A stretch of DNA of 64,000 nt from Eledone cirrhosa (taxonomy: Eukaryota). The position numbers and the translations under genes are program-made. The stretch covers positions 15,810,001 through 15,874,000 of the forward strand of contig OZ024751.1 of assembly GCA_964016885.1 (NCBI GenBank), given 5' to 3'. The notes under the pieces were generated by a model, which saw only the letters and a list, made by a program, of their open reading frames with translations, did not search any database and was not told the DNA's origin. Positions 12,558 to 28,883 of this stretch are shown here, one piece after another (position 1 is the first letter of the stretch; each line of letters starts with the position of its first letter).

Positions 12558-12752
12558 CACCACCACCACCACCACCACCACTACCACCACCACCAATACA
12601 ACCACCACCACCAACAATACAACCGCCACCACCACCACTACTGCTACTACTACTACTACTACTACTACTAATACTACTACTACTACAATCCACCACCACC
12701 ACCACCCCCATCACTACTGCTACCACCACTACAACTATTACTACTACTACCA

Positions 12753-12810
<58 letters not shown>

Positions 12811-12860
12811 CATTGCTACCACCAGCACCACTACTACTACTACTACTACCACCGCCACCG

Positions 12861-12958
<98 letters not shown>
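12514..12958. repeat. Compound (ACT)n/(ACC)n microsatellite
   Basis: Direct reading. Confidence 0.98.
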
Positions 12959-12959
<1 letters not shown>

Positions 12960-13384
12960 AAGTTATTGTCGAGCTGCTGCTAATATAGTTGTTATCAATC
13001 ACTAAAGATTTTGAAATATTTACGACGTTCCATTCGATTTTGTCAGACATGTCAATTTGGAATATAATTGAAATAAGAATTCCTTATCTTTGACAGGAGT
13101 GATCGCCAATAAATCGATAATTTCCATCATTTCTATGGTGTATTTTTTTGTTATTCCGAAATCATGTGTCTTATACATTTAACATATATCTTCGTTTATT
13201 GACATGAGTCTCATTTATATCATTCATTAAATTTCTGCCGAAAACTTCTCTTAAGCCTTAAATCTTCCCATGTCACTTTATTTTAAATTGTATTTGCATC
13301 TGTTTAAAAAAAAAAAAAAGATATCGACATTGTAGTTTTGTTTAATATAGAGATAATGTGATTGGCAATTGGCTCATATACTCG

Positions 13385-14003
13385 CAGTATCAGCCTCAAT
13401 ATCAGTTTAAATATCAGTCATGGCATATAGTATCAGTTAAATCTAAGATCCACAGTGTTAGTTTAAATCGTGATTCAACTAAAATTCACAGTATTAGTTA
13501 ACACTGATCCATGTTATCAGTTAAAAACCCTGATCCACAACATCTCTTAATACTATGATCTACAATATTAGTTAAAATCGTGACTCAAATAAAATTCACA
13601 GTATTAGTTAACACTCTGATCCAAACTATCTGTTAAAAACCCTGATCCACAGGATCTCTTAAAACTATGATCTACAATATTAGTTAAATAAGTGTCTCAG
13701 AGTGTCAGTTAAAAGTATAAGCCACACTATGAGTTGAAACTATAATTCACAATATCAGTTAAAACAATGACCCACTGACACTTAATAGCTAAAACTGACC
13801 CAGAGTATCAGTTAAAACTGTGAGCCATAGTATCAATTAATATTATGAGCCGTATTATTAGTTAAAATGTTTTTTCACAGCATCACTTAAAACTGATCCA
13901 CAGTATCAGTTGAAACTATACATGACAGTACCAGACAAAAAGTACGAACCCTAGTATTACTTAAAACGATCTTTCAGTTAGAACTATGACCTAGAATATC
14001 AAT
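13385..14003. repeat. Degenerate minisatellite, unit about 26-28 bp
   Basis: Recurrent cacagtatcagttaaaactatgatc, with a higher-order duplication ~13465-13575 / 13575-13690. Confidence 0.85.
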
Positions 14004-14737
14004 CTTGACAGTCAATTGCCAGTGCAAGTGTAAACAGATCAACACATAACATAAATCCAACTCCTATATATTGTACTATATGGTGAGTGACAAATAGAGA
14101 ACTATACTATGTTAATCGGAAAGAAGAGGAATTATTTCAATGCAACGAATAGTTGACACAGAAAGTTTTTTTATACTAATCTCTCCTATATTTTGATCTA
14201 AATGACATCATTGTACTGTAATTTATAAATTCTTATATAAAAGAAAGATTGAACAGTGAGACTAAATATTCTAAACAAGAGCCGATCCCGAATCGTTAAA
14301 AATCCTATCAATTCACGTCTCTCATATATTTATCTTATTTTAAGAACTCTGTTAACAGTTTCTTATCGACCCAGGCCATCCATCACTAGTTTATTCGGAC
14401 CCAAGATGTACAATATTTACTGTATTTGGACCAGTTTACTTATTCTAAAAACAGTATAAAAAACTAAACTAAAAACCCCGAAGAGCTCAGAGATCTCGTG
14501 TTGAAATCTGAAACAAGGCTTCCGGTTTCAATAATAATTATCAGGGATTTGAAGGACCAATTGTGTTTCGTACTGATGGCTGTTGAGACATCTATTGTCC
14601 TCATACCCCGAACAGTAGTTTTCTTCTGCAAAATAGAAAAGAGGGTATCCCACCTGAAGAAGGAAGCCTGTGTGCTGGAGTGACTGATGGAACGGGTATC
14701 ACTGGTTCTTCACCACGTTGAAACATACCGCTTAGAC

Positions 14738-15222
14738 CAGAGGTCCTTAAACTTGCAGGGCCACGTAATACCCTCAGCGCCCTTCAACTGTAAATAAAAT
14801 ATAATAAATAAAATCGTTAATTTATATATAATTTATCGACAGTCGATCGACTTTCGTCAAATCGGACCGAGGAAACAATGTTTCCATTGGGCTTTTCAAT
14901 TGCTGATACTATCTATCGGTTGCAACCAGGTAGAAGAAGCAACGTGAAAATAAAGTGTCTTGCTCAAGGACACAACCTAACGATTGCGAATCCAATTCTC
15001 TAACTACTCAGCCACGCGCCTTCACTATATAATATGTACTATGCATAAATAAATATTATATATTTTATATTTTACTATATTTATATATAATATGTATCAT
15101 TTAATATTTAATATATTATTATATCATCTCTTCCGCCCCCTACCGCACCCTTAGTTCCCAGCGACCCCTGGACCTTGTCAACGCCACCCGGAGGGTAGTA
15201 GGGCCCATTTTGAGAACCTCTG
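14738..15222. mobile_element. hAT (Charlie-like) non-autonomous element with nested SINE
   Basis: TIRs cagaggtccttaaa / tttgagaacctctg. Perfect 8-bp TSD gcttagac (14730-14737, 15223-15230). SINE B lies inside. Confidence 0.9.
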
Positions 15223-15963
15223 GCTTAGACAAACCCGTAGAATATACCGTTTCCTCTCTCTCCTTCCCTTTAATTTCAATATTAAATTTTGTACTTTTTC
15301 TTCTTCATCTGTTTATTACAAACATTAACATAGTTTAACAGAAATATGTTGTTTCCGTGTCTGGGAAAATCACTATCTGGGAATATTACAAGTGATAAAA
15401 TAACTTTTTCTTTATGCCGCGAAAGTTGTTTTTTGTGTAACCGTCTTTTAAAGAATTACTTTCAAGAACCAACGACATTTCTCTGTCTCTTCGGTCAATT
15501 TATTTACACAACACTGGACACTGATATTATAAGTAGATCTAAGTCCACTAGGGTAATAACAAGTTACATTCTCGCTAATCCTGTCTTATATATAGTATAT
15601 AAACTACTTTGCTACAGGAATATTCGAATTCTTAATTCTTCGTAAATCATTTTCAGTAGAAGAATCTATAATTATATATGTAAATACACGTGGACGTCAT
15701 TCAGACGTCGCAATAGTCTATGCATATAAATCAGTTCAACTGACCAACTAAAATCTCTTTAATCATGTAGAATCAACTGTAATTAAATACATATATATAT
15801 ATACAGCATGTGTGTGTGTATATACATATATATGATGTGTACAAACTTTATATATATATTCTTTATCCCTCTGTCTATATATATCTTTCTATGATATAAT
15901 TTATATATATATAAATTTCCATATGCAATAAAACATTTTAAAGTTAAACTTCACTACCGCATT

Positions 15964-16031
<68 letters not shown>

Positions 16032-16317
16032 TTCTTTTTCTATCTATCTTTCTTTTTCTCTCTCTTCCTATCTCTCCCTCTCTATATATTTATAGCATGT
16101 ATAAAGTTTGTACACGCTAGAAATGGATCACACACAGACAAAAACGAAGAATTTCTTAAAATATCATGTACTTATTACATTGATTTTTGCGTTGAACTGA
16201 GAAGAAATATACAATGTATGTATGTACGTACGTACGTACGTACGTACCTATGTATGTATGTATGTATGTATGTATGTATGTATGTATGTATGTATGTATG
16301 TATGTATGTATGTATGT

Positions 16318-16720
16318 ATGACCCCTTAGCCTTTGTCAAGGCAAAATTCTAGGAGAAGGAAAACTCTGATATAACACCTGCAACCCTGATGGTATCCAAT
16401 GATGTTGACTTGTTCTTCTTTTTGTTAAATATCATCTTGGTTAAGAGAGTGGGACTGGCTTTGTGCAGTGCCTTTGCTCACTATAAAAGCTTCACAGCAC
16501 AGGCATTGCTTTATATCTGGAGATGTCTCTGCACTTGTCGTCACATGGTACCATGGGCCCAGCACTATGTGTCAATAATTGTCACAAGTGTAGTGTTTGT
16601 ATCAGAGTTTTCAAGTCGCTGGCTGGACTAAAAAGTCACACTCGTTCAGCGCATCGGTAGAAGTTCTCCTACATGGATATAAAGTAGTGGCCGTACTCGA
16701 AAACGAGTTGGCAGCCACAA
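16318..16720 (+). mobile_element. Non-autonomous bipartite RTE derivative, copy 1
   Basis: Near-identical to four other copies. Ends ggccgtactcgaaaacgagttggcagcc; (TATG)n on both flanks. Confidence 0.9.
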
Positions 16721-16734
16721 TGTATGTATGTATG

Positions 16735-16790
16735 TAGATCATTGGCTGGGCTAAAAAGCCACATTCCATCGCAGCGCTGTTAATTGCTAT

Positions 16791-16849
<59 letters not shown>

Positions 16850-17210
16850 ATATTATTATTGTTGTTGAAAAGGAAAATCAGCGTAGAGAGGGAGGTGCTC
16901 TCTTCCCAGCTTTTTGTTAAAAGATGGGTGAGAGAGGCGAGAATGGCCCGAGTGAGTGGACATACTCTGAGTATATACCTGTAAATTGAAGGTGGAAAAC
17001 TGGGAGAGGAAAATTGCCCTGGTGGATGGCCCTCGGAAGTCTCCCCCCTATTGGGGAAATTTGTCATTGTTCTATTATTACATCCTCTGGTTTTTGTTTT
17101 TTACACGCAGAAATGCCCTTTTGTACCGTCCTGTATTGTCCTGTACTGTCCTTAATGTCTACTTTGTGTAAACCCTTCTGGTTAATAAAGAAAGCATTAT
17201 TGTTGTTGTC

Positions 17211-17263
<53 letters not shown>

Positions 17264-17315
17264 GTTTTTTTTTTCTCGTGCAATAGCCATACTCGATAAC
17301 GAGGGGGCAGCCCAT
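16735..17315 (+). mobile_element. RTE 3' end interrupted by a Tx1-like 3' fragment (16865-17200)
   Basis: 16735-16800 matches 35812-35880 and 17275-17315 matches the RTE terminus. The insert encodes LKRKISVEREVLSSQLFVKRWVREARM and ends in (TTA)n. Confidence 0.9.
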
Positions 17316-17334
17316 TATGTATGTATGTATGTAT

Positions 17335-17843
17335 GTTCTTCTGGTTTTATAATTTCACAAAGTTTTACCAATAGAGAGAGAGTCGGTTTCTAACATAGAC
17401 ACAAGACTCTCTCATTGGAATTTACACAACATCAACTAGGTAGATCTGTATGTATGCATGCATGTGTAGATATGGATGTTATTGTATGTGTGGATGTGTA
17501 TGTTTTGAGTTGTATGTGTGCATGTGTATATGCTTTGTATCTGTACATGTGTATATACAGTTATTAGATGCAGAATTTTTGGAATGTTTTACATATTTTT
17601 ACTGTTCCATTAATAGATTGTACTTGTAATTTCCTAACTAGTCGTGTTCTTTCTGTTCCTGTGAAGCCCAGCTTCTCAAGATTTGTATTGAGGCAGTTAC
17701 TAACACACCCCAGTGCCCCAATAATCACAGGTATATATCTGAGGGTGTTGTCCGTGTGGGGTATCTGAGATTTCTCATTAGTTCTGCATAAATACTCTTC
17801 TTTTCGCTAATCTTTGATCTTATATTGGCATCTGCTAGGCAGA
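17335..17843 (-). mobile_element. R4/Dong-clade LINE 3' fragment (subfamily 2) inside (TATG)n
   Basis: Manual translation CLADANIRSKISEKKSIYAELMRNL / IPVIIGALG...QSINGTVKICKTFQKF; TATG repeats at both ends. Confidence 0.8.
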
Positions 17844-17921
17844 TGTATGTATGTATGTATGTATGTATGTATGTATGTATGTATGTATGTATGTATGTAT
17901 GTATGTATGCATGTATGTATG

Positions 17922-18401
17922 TTTTCTCTTTCTCTTAATTTCGAGTATATTTTTTTGACCGGCCACATTCCTGGTGGCAAGGTTGTAAAAGAAAAGAAAT
18001 TGTCATCCCTTGAATCGCAAGAATGTTTTGCATATTTTGAAGGTGCCAGCTATCGCAGCCATTTGTAGACTATGAATTAGGGAGCTGCGCTTTTTGTCCG
18101 CAAATCCAAGTTCGGTCATACTTTGGTCCAAGCGGGTTGGTATATAACCCGTAGCACCAATAATGATGGGTATGAAGCTAAAGGTGTATCTTGGATACTG
18201 GATTTGTAAGCTCCTCATCAATGGTCCGTAGATGTCCTCCTTCTCCTGTATTTTTCTGACAACGTTTACATCAAGTGGGCAGCTGATCTCCACAACAGAA
18301 CACGTTTTCAATGTGTGGTCCCAAACTACAATATCAGGCCGGTTGTGCTTTAATTTGGTGGCAGTTTTTATTTTCAGGTTCCACCAGTATTCCTTAGTGC
18401 C
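17922..18401 (-). mobile_element. R4/Dong-clade LINE 3' fragment (subfamily 1), intact RLE, inside (TATG)n
   Basis: HNRPDIVVWD...VEISCP...EKEDIY...IPIIIGATG...GTFKICKTFLRF (PD-(D/E)xK type). Confidence 0.92.
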
Positions 18402-19072
18402 ATGTATGTATGCATGTATGCATGTATGCATGTATGCATGTATGCATGTATGCATGTATGCATGTATGTATGTATGTATGCATGTATGCATGTATGCATG
18501 TATGTATGTATGTATGTACGTATGTACGTATGTATGTATGTATGTATGTATGTATGTACGTATGTATGTATGCATGTATGTATGTATGTATGTATGTATG
18601 TATGTATGTATGTATGCATGTATGCATGTATGTATGTATGCATGTACGTATGTATGTATGCATGTATGTATGTATGCATGTATGTATGTATGTATGTATG
18701 TATGCATGTATGTATGTATGCATGTATGCATGTATGTATGTATGTATGTATGTATGCATGTATGCATGTATGTATGTATGTATGTATGCATGTATGCATG
18801 TATGTATGTATGTATGTATGTACGTATGTACGTATGTATGTATGTATGCATGTATGTATGTATGTATGCATGTATGTATGTATGTATGTATGTATGTATG
18901 CATGTATGTATGTATGTATGTACGTATGTATGTATGTATGTATGTACGTATGTACGTATGTATGTATGTATGTATGTATGTATGTATGTATGTATGTATG
19001 TATGTACGTATGTACGTATGTATGTATGTATGTATGTATGTATGTATGTATGTATGTACGTATGTATGTATG
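18402..19072. repeat. (TATG)n array with CATG/TACG variants
   Basis: Direct reading, about 670 bp. Confidence 0.98.
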
Positions 19073-19322
19073 TTTAGGCGACGAAGGTCAGATAGAGTAC
19101 CTTGCGGTATTAGTGCCGGTTCTCTGCTCTCCGAGTCCAAATTCCGTCGAGGTAAACTTTGTCTTTCATCTGTTCGAGGTTGATAAAAAATACCAGTTGG
19201 GTACTGGGGTCGATTATTTCTTTTTATCTCTTTCTCATTTCCTCTCTTCCACTCTCTCATATGAAAGACCTGGAGAGGGATGGGTCCGCCAGATTCAGAA
19301 TGCCCAAGAGTTACTGGTCCAT

Positions 19323-19358
<36 letters not shown>

Positions 19359-19442
19359 AAAGTTATATTTAAATTGTTGGGTTACAACTAGTAAATATTT
19401 ATAACTGATATAAAAGCACTCGACAAGTATTTGGAGTATATT

Positions 19443-19810
19443 TACGATATTAAATAAATGGAAACTATATTTATAAAACCATATCTATTTCATTATATAT
19501 ATTTCAGGGATATCATATTAACAATATGCTATGCCTTCCTCAGACAAAATACAATATATACAGTTTTATAGATAAATAGATTTGACATACCGTACAACAT
19601 CGACTTGTATTTGAAAAGTTGAATACTGCCAATTCAACTTTTCAAATACAAGTCGATGTTGTACGGTATGTCAAATCTATTTATCTATAAAACTGTATAT
19701 ATTGTATTTTGTCTGAGGAAGGCATAGCATATTGTTAATATGATATCCCTGAAATATATATAATGAAATAGATATGGTTTTATAAATATAGTTTCCATTT
19801 ATTTAATATC

Positions 19811-19813
<3 letters not shown>
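19443..19813. repeat. Palindrome with 182-bp arms and 7-nt loop; hammerhead in each arm
   Basis: Arms 19443-19624 and 19632-19813. Plus hammerhead 19707-19768: ttttgt CTGAGGA agg...cct GAAA tatatATA atgaaa. Mirror at 19488-19549. Confidence 0.95.
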
Positions 19814-19845
<32 letters not shown>

Positions 19846-20424
19846 AATATAAATTAGTGAGAATCGTATTTCGGCTTTGGAATTAGTGAAAAACAACTTC
19901 TGAGATGTGTGGCAAACGCTCAATAATTCTGACGAACCAGAGCTACAACATACGTTAAAGGCCAAACACACTGAGACGATGGTTAAACCGTCATCCGCAC
20001 AACCATAGAAACGACCAAGTAATTCGGGTCAAACAAATAAAAAAATGTGATTGAAAAATTTACCCGGACTCCTGGAAGGTTGGTAAAATCCAGCATTTTG
20101 GTTTCTGCGACTCCTAAATCAAGTACTGTCCGCTTAGACAAATAATGTTAGGCTTCTGGTAAGATGATTGAACAAGGAAGTCACTTTCTCAACAGGTTTT
20201 AGTTCAAGTGCCAGGATAGGAATGAACGTTATATATATATATATATATATATAATCAAAATTAAATTAAGGGTGTCATGTCTGAGAGACATGCGCCATAC
20301 CTCTGTAGAATATGTTCAAAGATTCCAATGAATAGATCCTCTGTTGTGATTGTTTCATATGTTTATTTTATATATATATATGTCAATCGATTTCTAGTTG
20401 ATATATGTATATATATAGTAATAA

Positions 20425-20612
20425 TTGTTTAAACTTTTGGCACAAGGCCAGCAATTATTCCAGTACATTACTGGTACTTTATTTTATCGACCACGTAAGA
20501 ATGAAAGGCAAAGTGAATCTCGGCGGGATTTGAACTCAGACTATAAACTACAAAGGGGCGTTACTCTAGGCTGCAAAGCATGGCGCCCGTCCTTCTACCG
20601 ATACTGCCAATT
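20425..20612 (-). mobile_element. SINE family A
   Basis: Family body, reverse orientation. Confidence 0.85.
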
Positions 20613-20655
20613 CCCCTAATAATAAATATAAAGACCAAAATCCGAAGAGGGCTTG

Positions 20656-20824
<169 letters not shown>

Positions 20825-20885
20825 CCTGTAGAGCAAATATTTATTATTAGTGCATATTCCACAATGCTTCAAGCAAACTACAACA

Positions 20886-20959
<74 letters not shown>

Positions 20960-20982
20960 CAAATTTATATATATATATATAT

Positions 20983-21381
20983 CTCGCACTCCCACTCACT
21001 CAGTCCCTGTTTCTCCCCTTCTTTCTTCCTCCCGTTCGCTGGGAAAACGGTTTTCATTCTTTCTAACACCGGATTCACTAGCGAAAGGTCTGTTTTCTGA
21101 CTCGCTCATATATTCACACAGCTTATGCTGAAAGAATAACTATGTTGCTTGTGTTTATTTCCATCTTCGGTTAGCTTCCCCCTGTGTTGTTTACTTGTCT
21201 CACTCGCTTTACGCGTTTCTATTGTCCTAATAACTTATTTTAGTTATTATCGCTCCAACGTGAGGTATATGATTTTTAATGCGATGAAATACCCATGATC
21301 ATTTGGTAAATCACTGATGAGGGACTCATTTTATAACATGTTATCCATGTGCAACCAGCAGTATTCTTCTCACCCATATTT

Positions 21382-21385
<4 letters not shown>
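20983..21385 (+). repeat. Diverged member of the LTR-like family seen at 5224, 21900, 29925 and 43040
   Basis: gaggtatatgatttttaa.gcgatgaaatacc...tcactgatga.ggact; (TA)n on both flanks. Confidence 0.7.
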
Positions 21386-21433
<48 letters not shown>

Positions 21434-21844
21434 TTGTGAGGTTTTTGATATGAAATCGTGTGTCGAAACAAATATTATTATACTTGGGGAGGGTCATATT
21501 GTTGTAATAATATTGCCAGAATTAATAACAGAACACACTCACTGTTTGGTTGCTTTTCGCTTCTGTATCTTTCATATCAGTTAATTTATTCGGTCCTCAA
21601 TGTTTACAATTGACTGACCAACGTTAAAAAATTACGGATATAATATAGACACAAACATATATATATAGTCTAACAAAGTTTCCTTGCACATCTGCAACAT
21701 CGTCAGTGGTGCTATTATGTTTGCTCCTGTTGTATTGTATGTGTACGCCATCTTTATTTATTGATATAAAAGATACAACCAAACAGTAAGTGAGTTCTGT
21801 TATTAAATCTGGCAATATTATTACAACAATATGACCCTCCCCAA

Positions 21845-21899
<55 letters not shown>

Positions 21900-21905
<6 letters not shown>

Positions 21906-22840
21906 TAAAGTGGTCCTTCATCAGTGATCTTCCAACCATCATCGGTATTCCTTCGCTTTAAAGAGCATATACCTCCGGTTGGTGCGAGCAACGGCTAAAG
22001 AAAGTCGTTGGGACACGCAAATAAAGGGAACAGCGAGAGTGTAAACAAACAAAGATGGTGAAGTAACGAAAAGTGAGGAAGAACGAGTCAAGTCCCAAAT
22101 TTCCATGAATATAAGTTCGGTGAAATCGTGAACGAGAGAGAATAAAGACCATCAAACCTGGTTGAAATGTGAGCAAGGAAGGAATTCCGCACAGGTCTAA
22201 CGGGAGGAAGAAGGGGTCTAGTCCGTGAATTCGGTGAACATAAGTTCTGTGAAATCGTAGACGAGAGAGAGAAAAAAGGCGAACCGGCCTGGCCAAGCGT
22301 GCGAAAGAAAAGAATTATGCACAGGTCAAACGGGAAGAAGGCGGAGGAGGAGAGGTAGTAACAGAGAGTGAGTGAGTGAAGGGTGAGGAAGAGGCTAACA
22401 GAGAGAGTGACTGTTAGAGAGGGTAAAGGTACAGAGAAAGAGAAAGCAGTAAGAAAGAAATAGACGGGTCACAGCGGGGGAAAATTATGTATAAATATGA
22501 GAATAAACCTGCTGCGGTGTTGCAAATGGGTTACATATGAATAAAGTTAATCCTTCATCAGTAATCTTCCAACGATCATCGGTATTCCTTCGCTTTAAAG
22601 ACCATATACCTCCGGTTGGTGCGAGCAACGGTTAAAGAAAGTCGTTGGGACACGTAAATAAAGGGAACAGCGAGAGTGTAAACAAACAAAGATGGTGAAA
22701 CAACGAAAAGTGAGGAAGAACGAGTCAAGTCCCAAATTTCCATGAATATAAGTTCGGTGAAATCGTGAACGAGAGAGAATAAAGACCATCAAACCTGGTT
22801 GAAATGTGAGCAAGGAAGGAATTCCGCACAGGTCTAACGG
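21900..22840 (-). mobile_element. Partial tandem (~1.5 units, ~637 bp period) of a Penelope-like LTR/non-coding family
   Basis: 21900-22205 is repeated at 22537-22840; flanked by (TA)n. Other copies at 29925-30605 and 43040-43750. Confidence 0.75.
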
Positions 22841-22866
22841 GGGGTGGGGGATATATATATATATAT

Positions 22867-23552
<686 letters not shown>

Positions 23553-23651
23553 TTATTATTATTATTAGTCACAGGTAGTGGAAAAATTCCGGAGGCGGAT
23601 ATGTTGATTTTCAACATCTCATTTAATAACTGTTAATAATTCTAACACGTG

Positions 23652-23695
<44 letters not shown>

Positions 23696-24217
23696 ATCTG
23701 TGTTTGTGTGTGCGTGTGCGCGCATGTTGACTTCGATGTCATTATGAAAAAATGGCTATTTAGACTTCGTGACGACTAAAGATCAATAAAGTGATAGTGG
23801 AGTCGATAAAAAGGCGGTACCTTCTTCCTCTCATTGATACTATCTAATAATGATTGTTAGCCGTAAAAGTGTATTGAATTTAATTATTCAACATTTCCGA
23901 TTTAAACAAACAAAACTACCATTTATCATGCATAAATTAAGCAGCCAATCAATCTTCATGCTTGTTTTTCTTCAACTATTTAATGCGGCGAATTGACAGA
24001 GCCGTCAGAACGCGAGAGAAAATATTTTGCGGTACTATTTCCGGCTCTCTACGCTCTGAGTTAAAAAAAACAGGAAATACGAAAAACAACTATTGTCAAC
24101 TTTACCCTTTCGAGATTGTTGCAGAAAAAGTACCAGTCCACTATATATCTTTCTTGCTTCCCCTCCTTTTTGTCGTTTCCCAACATATTATGAAAAATAT
24201 ACATTCGTATCAATTGG

Positions 24218-24257
<40 letters not shown>

Positions 24258-24479
24258 CGTAGTTAAGAAGGCCACAACAATGCAGAGGGAAATCTCGAGG
24301 TAGGAAGTGAAAGATAGATAGGAAAAACAGGTGAAAGTGAAAATTGAGAGAGACAAAGATGAAAACAAAACAAAGGTAGAAGGGTTACCGTAGTGGAGAT
24401 TTAATCCCAATATTTCGGGCTCACGCCCATCAACGGGGAAAAGTTCCAAAAGGGAGGGAACAGGCCAAGCGGAGAAAGT

Positions 24480-24536
24480 TGTGATGTCGTTAAGACAGGA
24501 ATGCCGTAACGGCATTCCTGTCTTAACGACATCACA
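24480..24536. repeat. Perfect hairpin, 28-bp arms, 1-nt spacer
   Basis: tgtgatgtcgttaagacaggaatgccgt a acggcattcctgtcttaacgacatcaca. Confidence 0.97.
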
Positions 24537-24645
24537 TCGTTTTTCTTTTTGTTCAGTTATATTTACGGCTCGGAAAAATCTCTTAGAGCTAATTTATTGT
24601 AAGAGACTGTTTTGAGTTTCTAACTCATTATATACCTTGGATATA

Positions 24646-24693
<48 letters not shown>

Positions 24694-24814
24694 CAAATCG
24701 TAGCCTATTTCCTATAGTTAGTATTCTTTTCACATTGGCAAATCTGGTCCCTTACGATTTGAACACATATATATATATGTCTGTGTTCGTTTTTCTGTGT
24801 TCTTATATATATAT

Positions 24815-25132
<318 letters not shown>

Positions 25133-25349
25133 CGAGGGAAAAGTGGTAAGGAACCAGGTGGACCATAACGCACCAAAGTACTCAATACTTAGGGTAGTAG
25201 AGTGGGTAATAGGAGTAAGTAAGACCCCGACGGCTGAGCTCAAGCCGTTTCGATTGTGTTGTTATTTCTATTTACCTTTTACACACACGCACGCACACGC
25301 ACCCCACCCGTCGAAACGGCTTGAGCTCAGCCGCCGGGTCTTACTTACT

Positions 25350-25407
<58 letters not shown>

Positions 25408-25556
25408 TATATATATATAATAAATCATACACAAAACGCCAGCACCCACAGTTTTCCAAGAGATGTCAACATGAATGGACCTGTTATTTTTATCTAAAGA
25501 TATTTTTTCCAATTCCATCCCGCCCGTCCCCTCAATCTATCTTATTTATCATTCTT

Positions 25557-25592
25557 TCTTCTGATGAAGGACTAGCATCCGAAACGTTAAGA
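25557..25592 (+). ncRNA. Minimal Penelope-type hammerhead
   Basis: tctt CTGATGA a gga-ctagca-tcc GAAAC GTT aaga. Stem III has no loop and is palindromic (AACGTT). Confidence 0.7.
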
Positions 25593-25871
25593 CCCTCTAC
25601 CTGCTATTTCAAGCGTTAACCTAATATATTCCTTTCATATACTGTACCGATTGTGTTGTTATTTCTATTTACCTTTTACACACACGCACGCACACGCACC
25701 CCCCCACACATATATATATAACCAAAAGAGTGGAAGTCAACTCGCATATCTGATGTGATGCCAAAAAAGAATCGGGCCCAATCACCTTGATTGTACCCTG
25801 AGCTGATCGATATGGAAACAATTGTAATATGCAAATAAAGTTTGTACATATACACAGACTTCGATTCTTAA

Positions 25872-26945
<1,074 letters not shown>

Positions 26946-26981
26946 ATAACCATTTCTCTCTTTCTCTATATATAATATGTA

Positions 26982-27027
<46 letters not shown>

Positions 27028-27274
27028 CCTGTTCTCGCCTACTATTGCTACACTTTGGTTAGTTTTGCTTCTTTCTTTTTTTTTTTGAAGCATGAAATGT
27101 ATTTCAGATTATAAAATGTTTTATAAATCGATGTGAAAGATTTAAAGCTAATTGCTTAAACTTTAATCTGTTATTTTAATAAATATTTGCTCTACGGTTC
27201 TTATATATTTGATATATATTTATCCTTATCGAGCCCTCTTTGGATTTTAGTCTTCAAATTTATTATTATTACTA

Positions 27275-27338
<64 letters not shown>

Positions 27339-27866
27339 GATATCTGTATATATATATATATAGATATATATAAAAGCAAATGATACGAATGAATGTATGA
27401 TTTTCATATGTTGGGAATAGAAAAAGTAAAAATTATCATATAAGTATATATATTTTTTAAAAATTACAACTTAAACGTTGAAGAAATAACTTAGAAAATT
27501 GACCTTTCAATTAGCTTTAAATCTTTCACATCGATTTAAAAAACATTTTATAATCTGAAATACATTTCATGCTACAAAAAAAAAAAAAAGAAAGAAGCAA
27601 AACTAACCAAAGTGTAGCAATAGTAGACGAAAACAGGATGTCTTTTGCCATGAAGCATACTCTGTGATTTTCAATTCTCGTATATTGTATTTAGTGGAAA
27701 AGAAAAACGAATGTCTGTTTGTAATATAATCTGTAAGAATTACGTAATTCACTATAGCTTTACCAATGAAAAATACCATTTATATAATATTATGAAATAG
27801 TTGTTCTTAATTGATGTAAATAGAGAACAATTTGAATATAGCTGGAAGAGGTAAAAGAGTAAAAGA

Positions 27867-27927
<61 letters not shown>

Positions 27928-28101
27928 ATACTCTTCCGATTTTAGTCTTCACATTTATTATCATTACCATTATATACATACATATATATATAATAACAAA
28001 GTATGTTGTTTTTCTTGTTTCGTTATATATATATGTCTCCTTGGCGTTTTTTGTCATTTATATACACACATATGTGTATATGTGTGTATGTGTATATATA
28101 C

Positions 28102-28185
<84 letters not shown>

Positions 28186-28377
28186 GTATATATACACACA
28201 TATGTGTATATAAATGACAAAAAACGCCAAGGAGACATATATATATATAACGAAACAAGAAAAACAATATACTTTGTTATTTTTCTTTGTGTTAAACCAT
28301 ATTATCTAAATTCAAATATAGATTTTTGATATTAATAATAATAACTGAAGACAGGATGTATAAACAATAAATTTACT

Positions 28378-28450
<73 letters not shown>

Positions 28451-28483
28451 CTTATATTCACATATATATGTATATATACATAC

Positions 28484-28557
<74 letters not shown>

Positions 28558-28883
28558 CTATATATATATATATATATATATATAAACATACATAAATATG
28601 TACACACATACACACACATATATATACACACACATTCATATATATATCTAACTAACTTAAACACTCATTATAAACACCAACTAAAGTTTATTTCAACATA
28701 TTTCATGGAAAAGTCTGCAGAAACTGTTTCTCAACACTCATTATTTGAAACACCATAAACAGCCAACACCCACCATAGACTCTAATACATTAACACAATT
28801 ACTCTAACTGCAGTATTTATTCTTCTATATATGCATAATAGCTTTGCTTGTCTCCTTCTCATGTATATGACCTACGCACTCAC

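Noticed and set aside
13385-14003. CRISPR-like periodicity
   Set aside because: Degenerate head-to-tail units without unique spacers, eukaryotic context, no cas genes.
14525-14630. Minus-strand acceptor plus short ORF ENYCSGYEDNRCLNS
   Set aside because: More likely a decayed Penelope C-terminus than an exon; unsupported either way.
16389-16631. Recurrent 80-aa ORF MVSNDVDLFFF in five loci
   Set aside because: It recurs because the repeat is young. The meaningful coding remnant (C2H2 finger) is in another frame.
18003-19391. Long ORFs of YVCM/HTYI, YI, CV or poly-T/poly-V type here and throughout
   Set aside because: They are stop-free translations of microsatellites, not genes.
19925-20035. 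CTGACGA hammerhead-like motif
   Set aside because: No convincing GAAA/stem I arrangement; at best degenerate.
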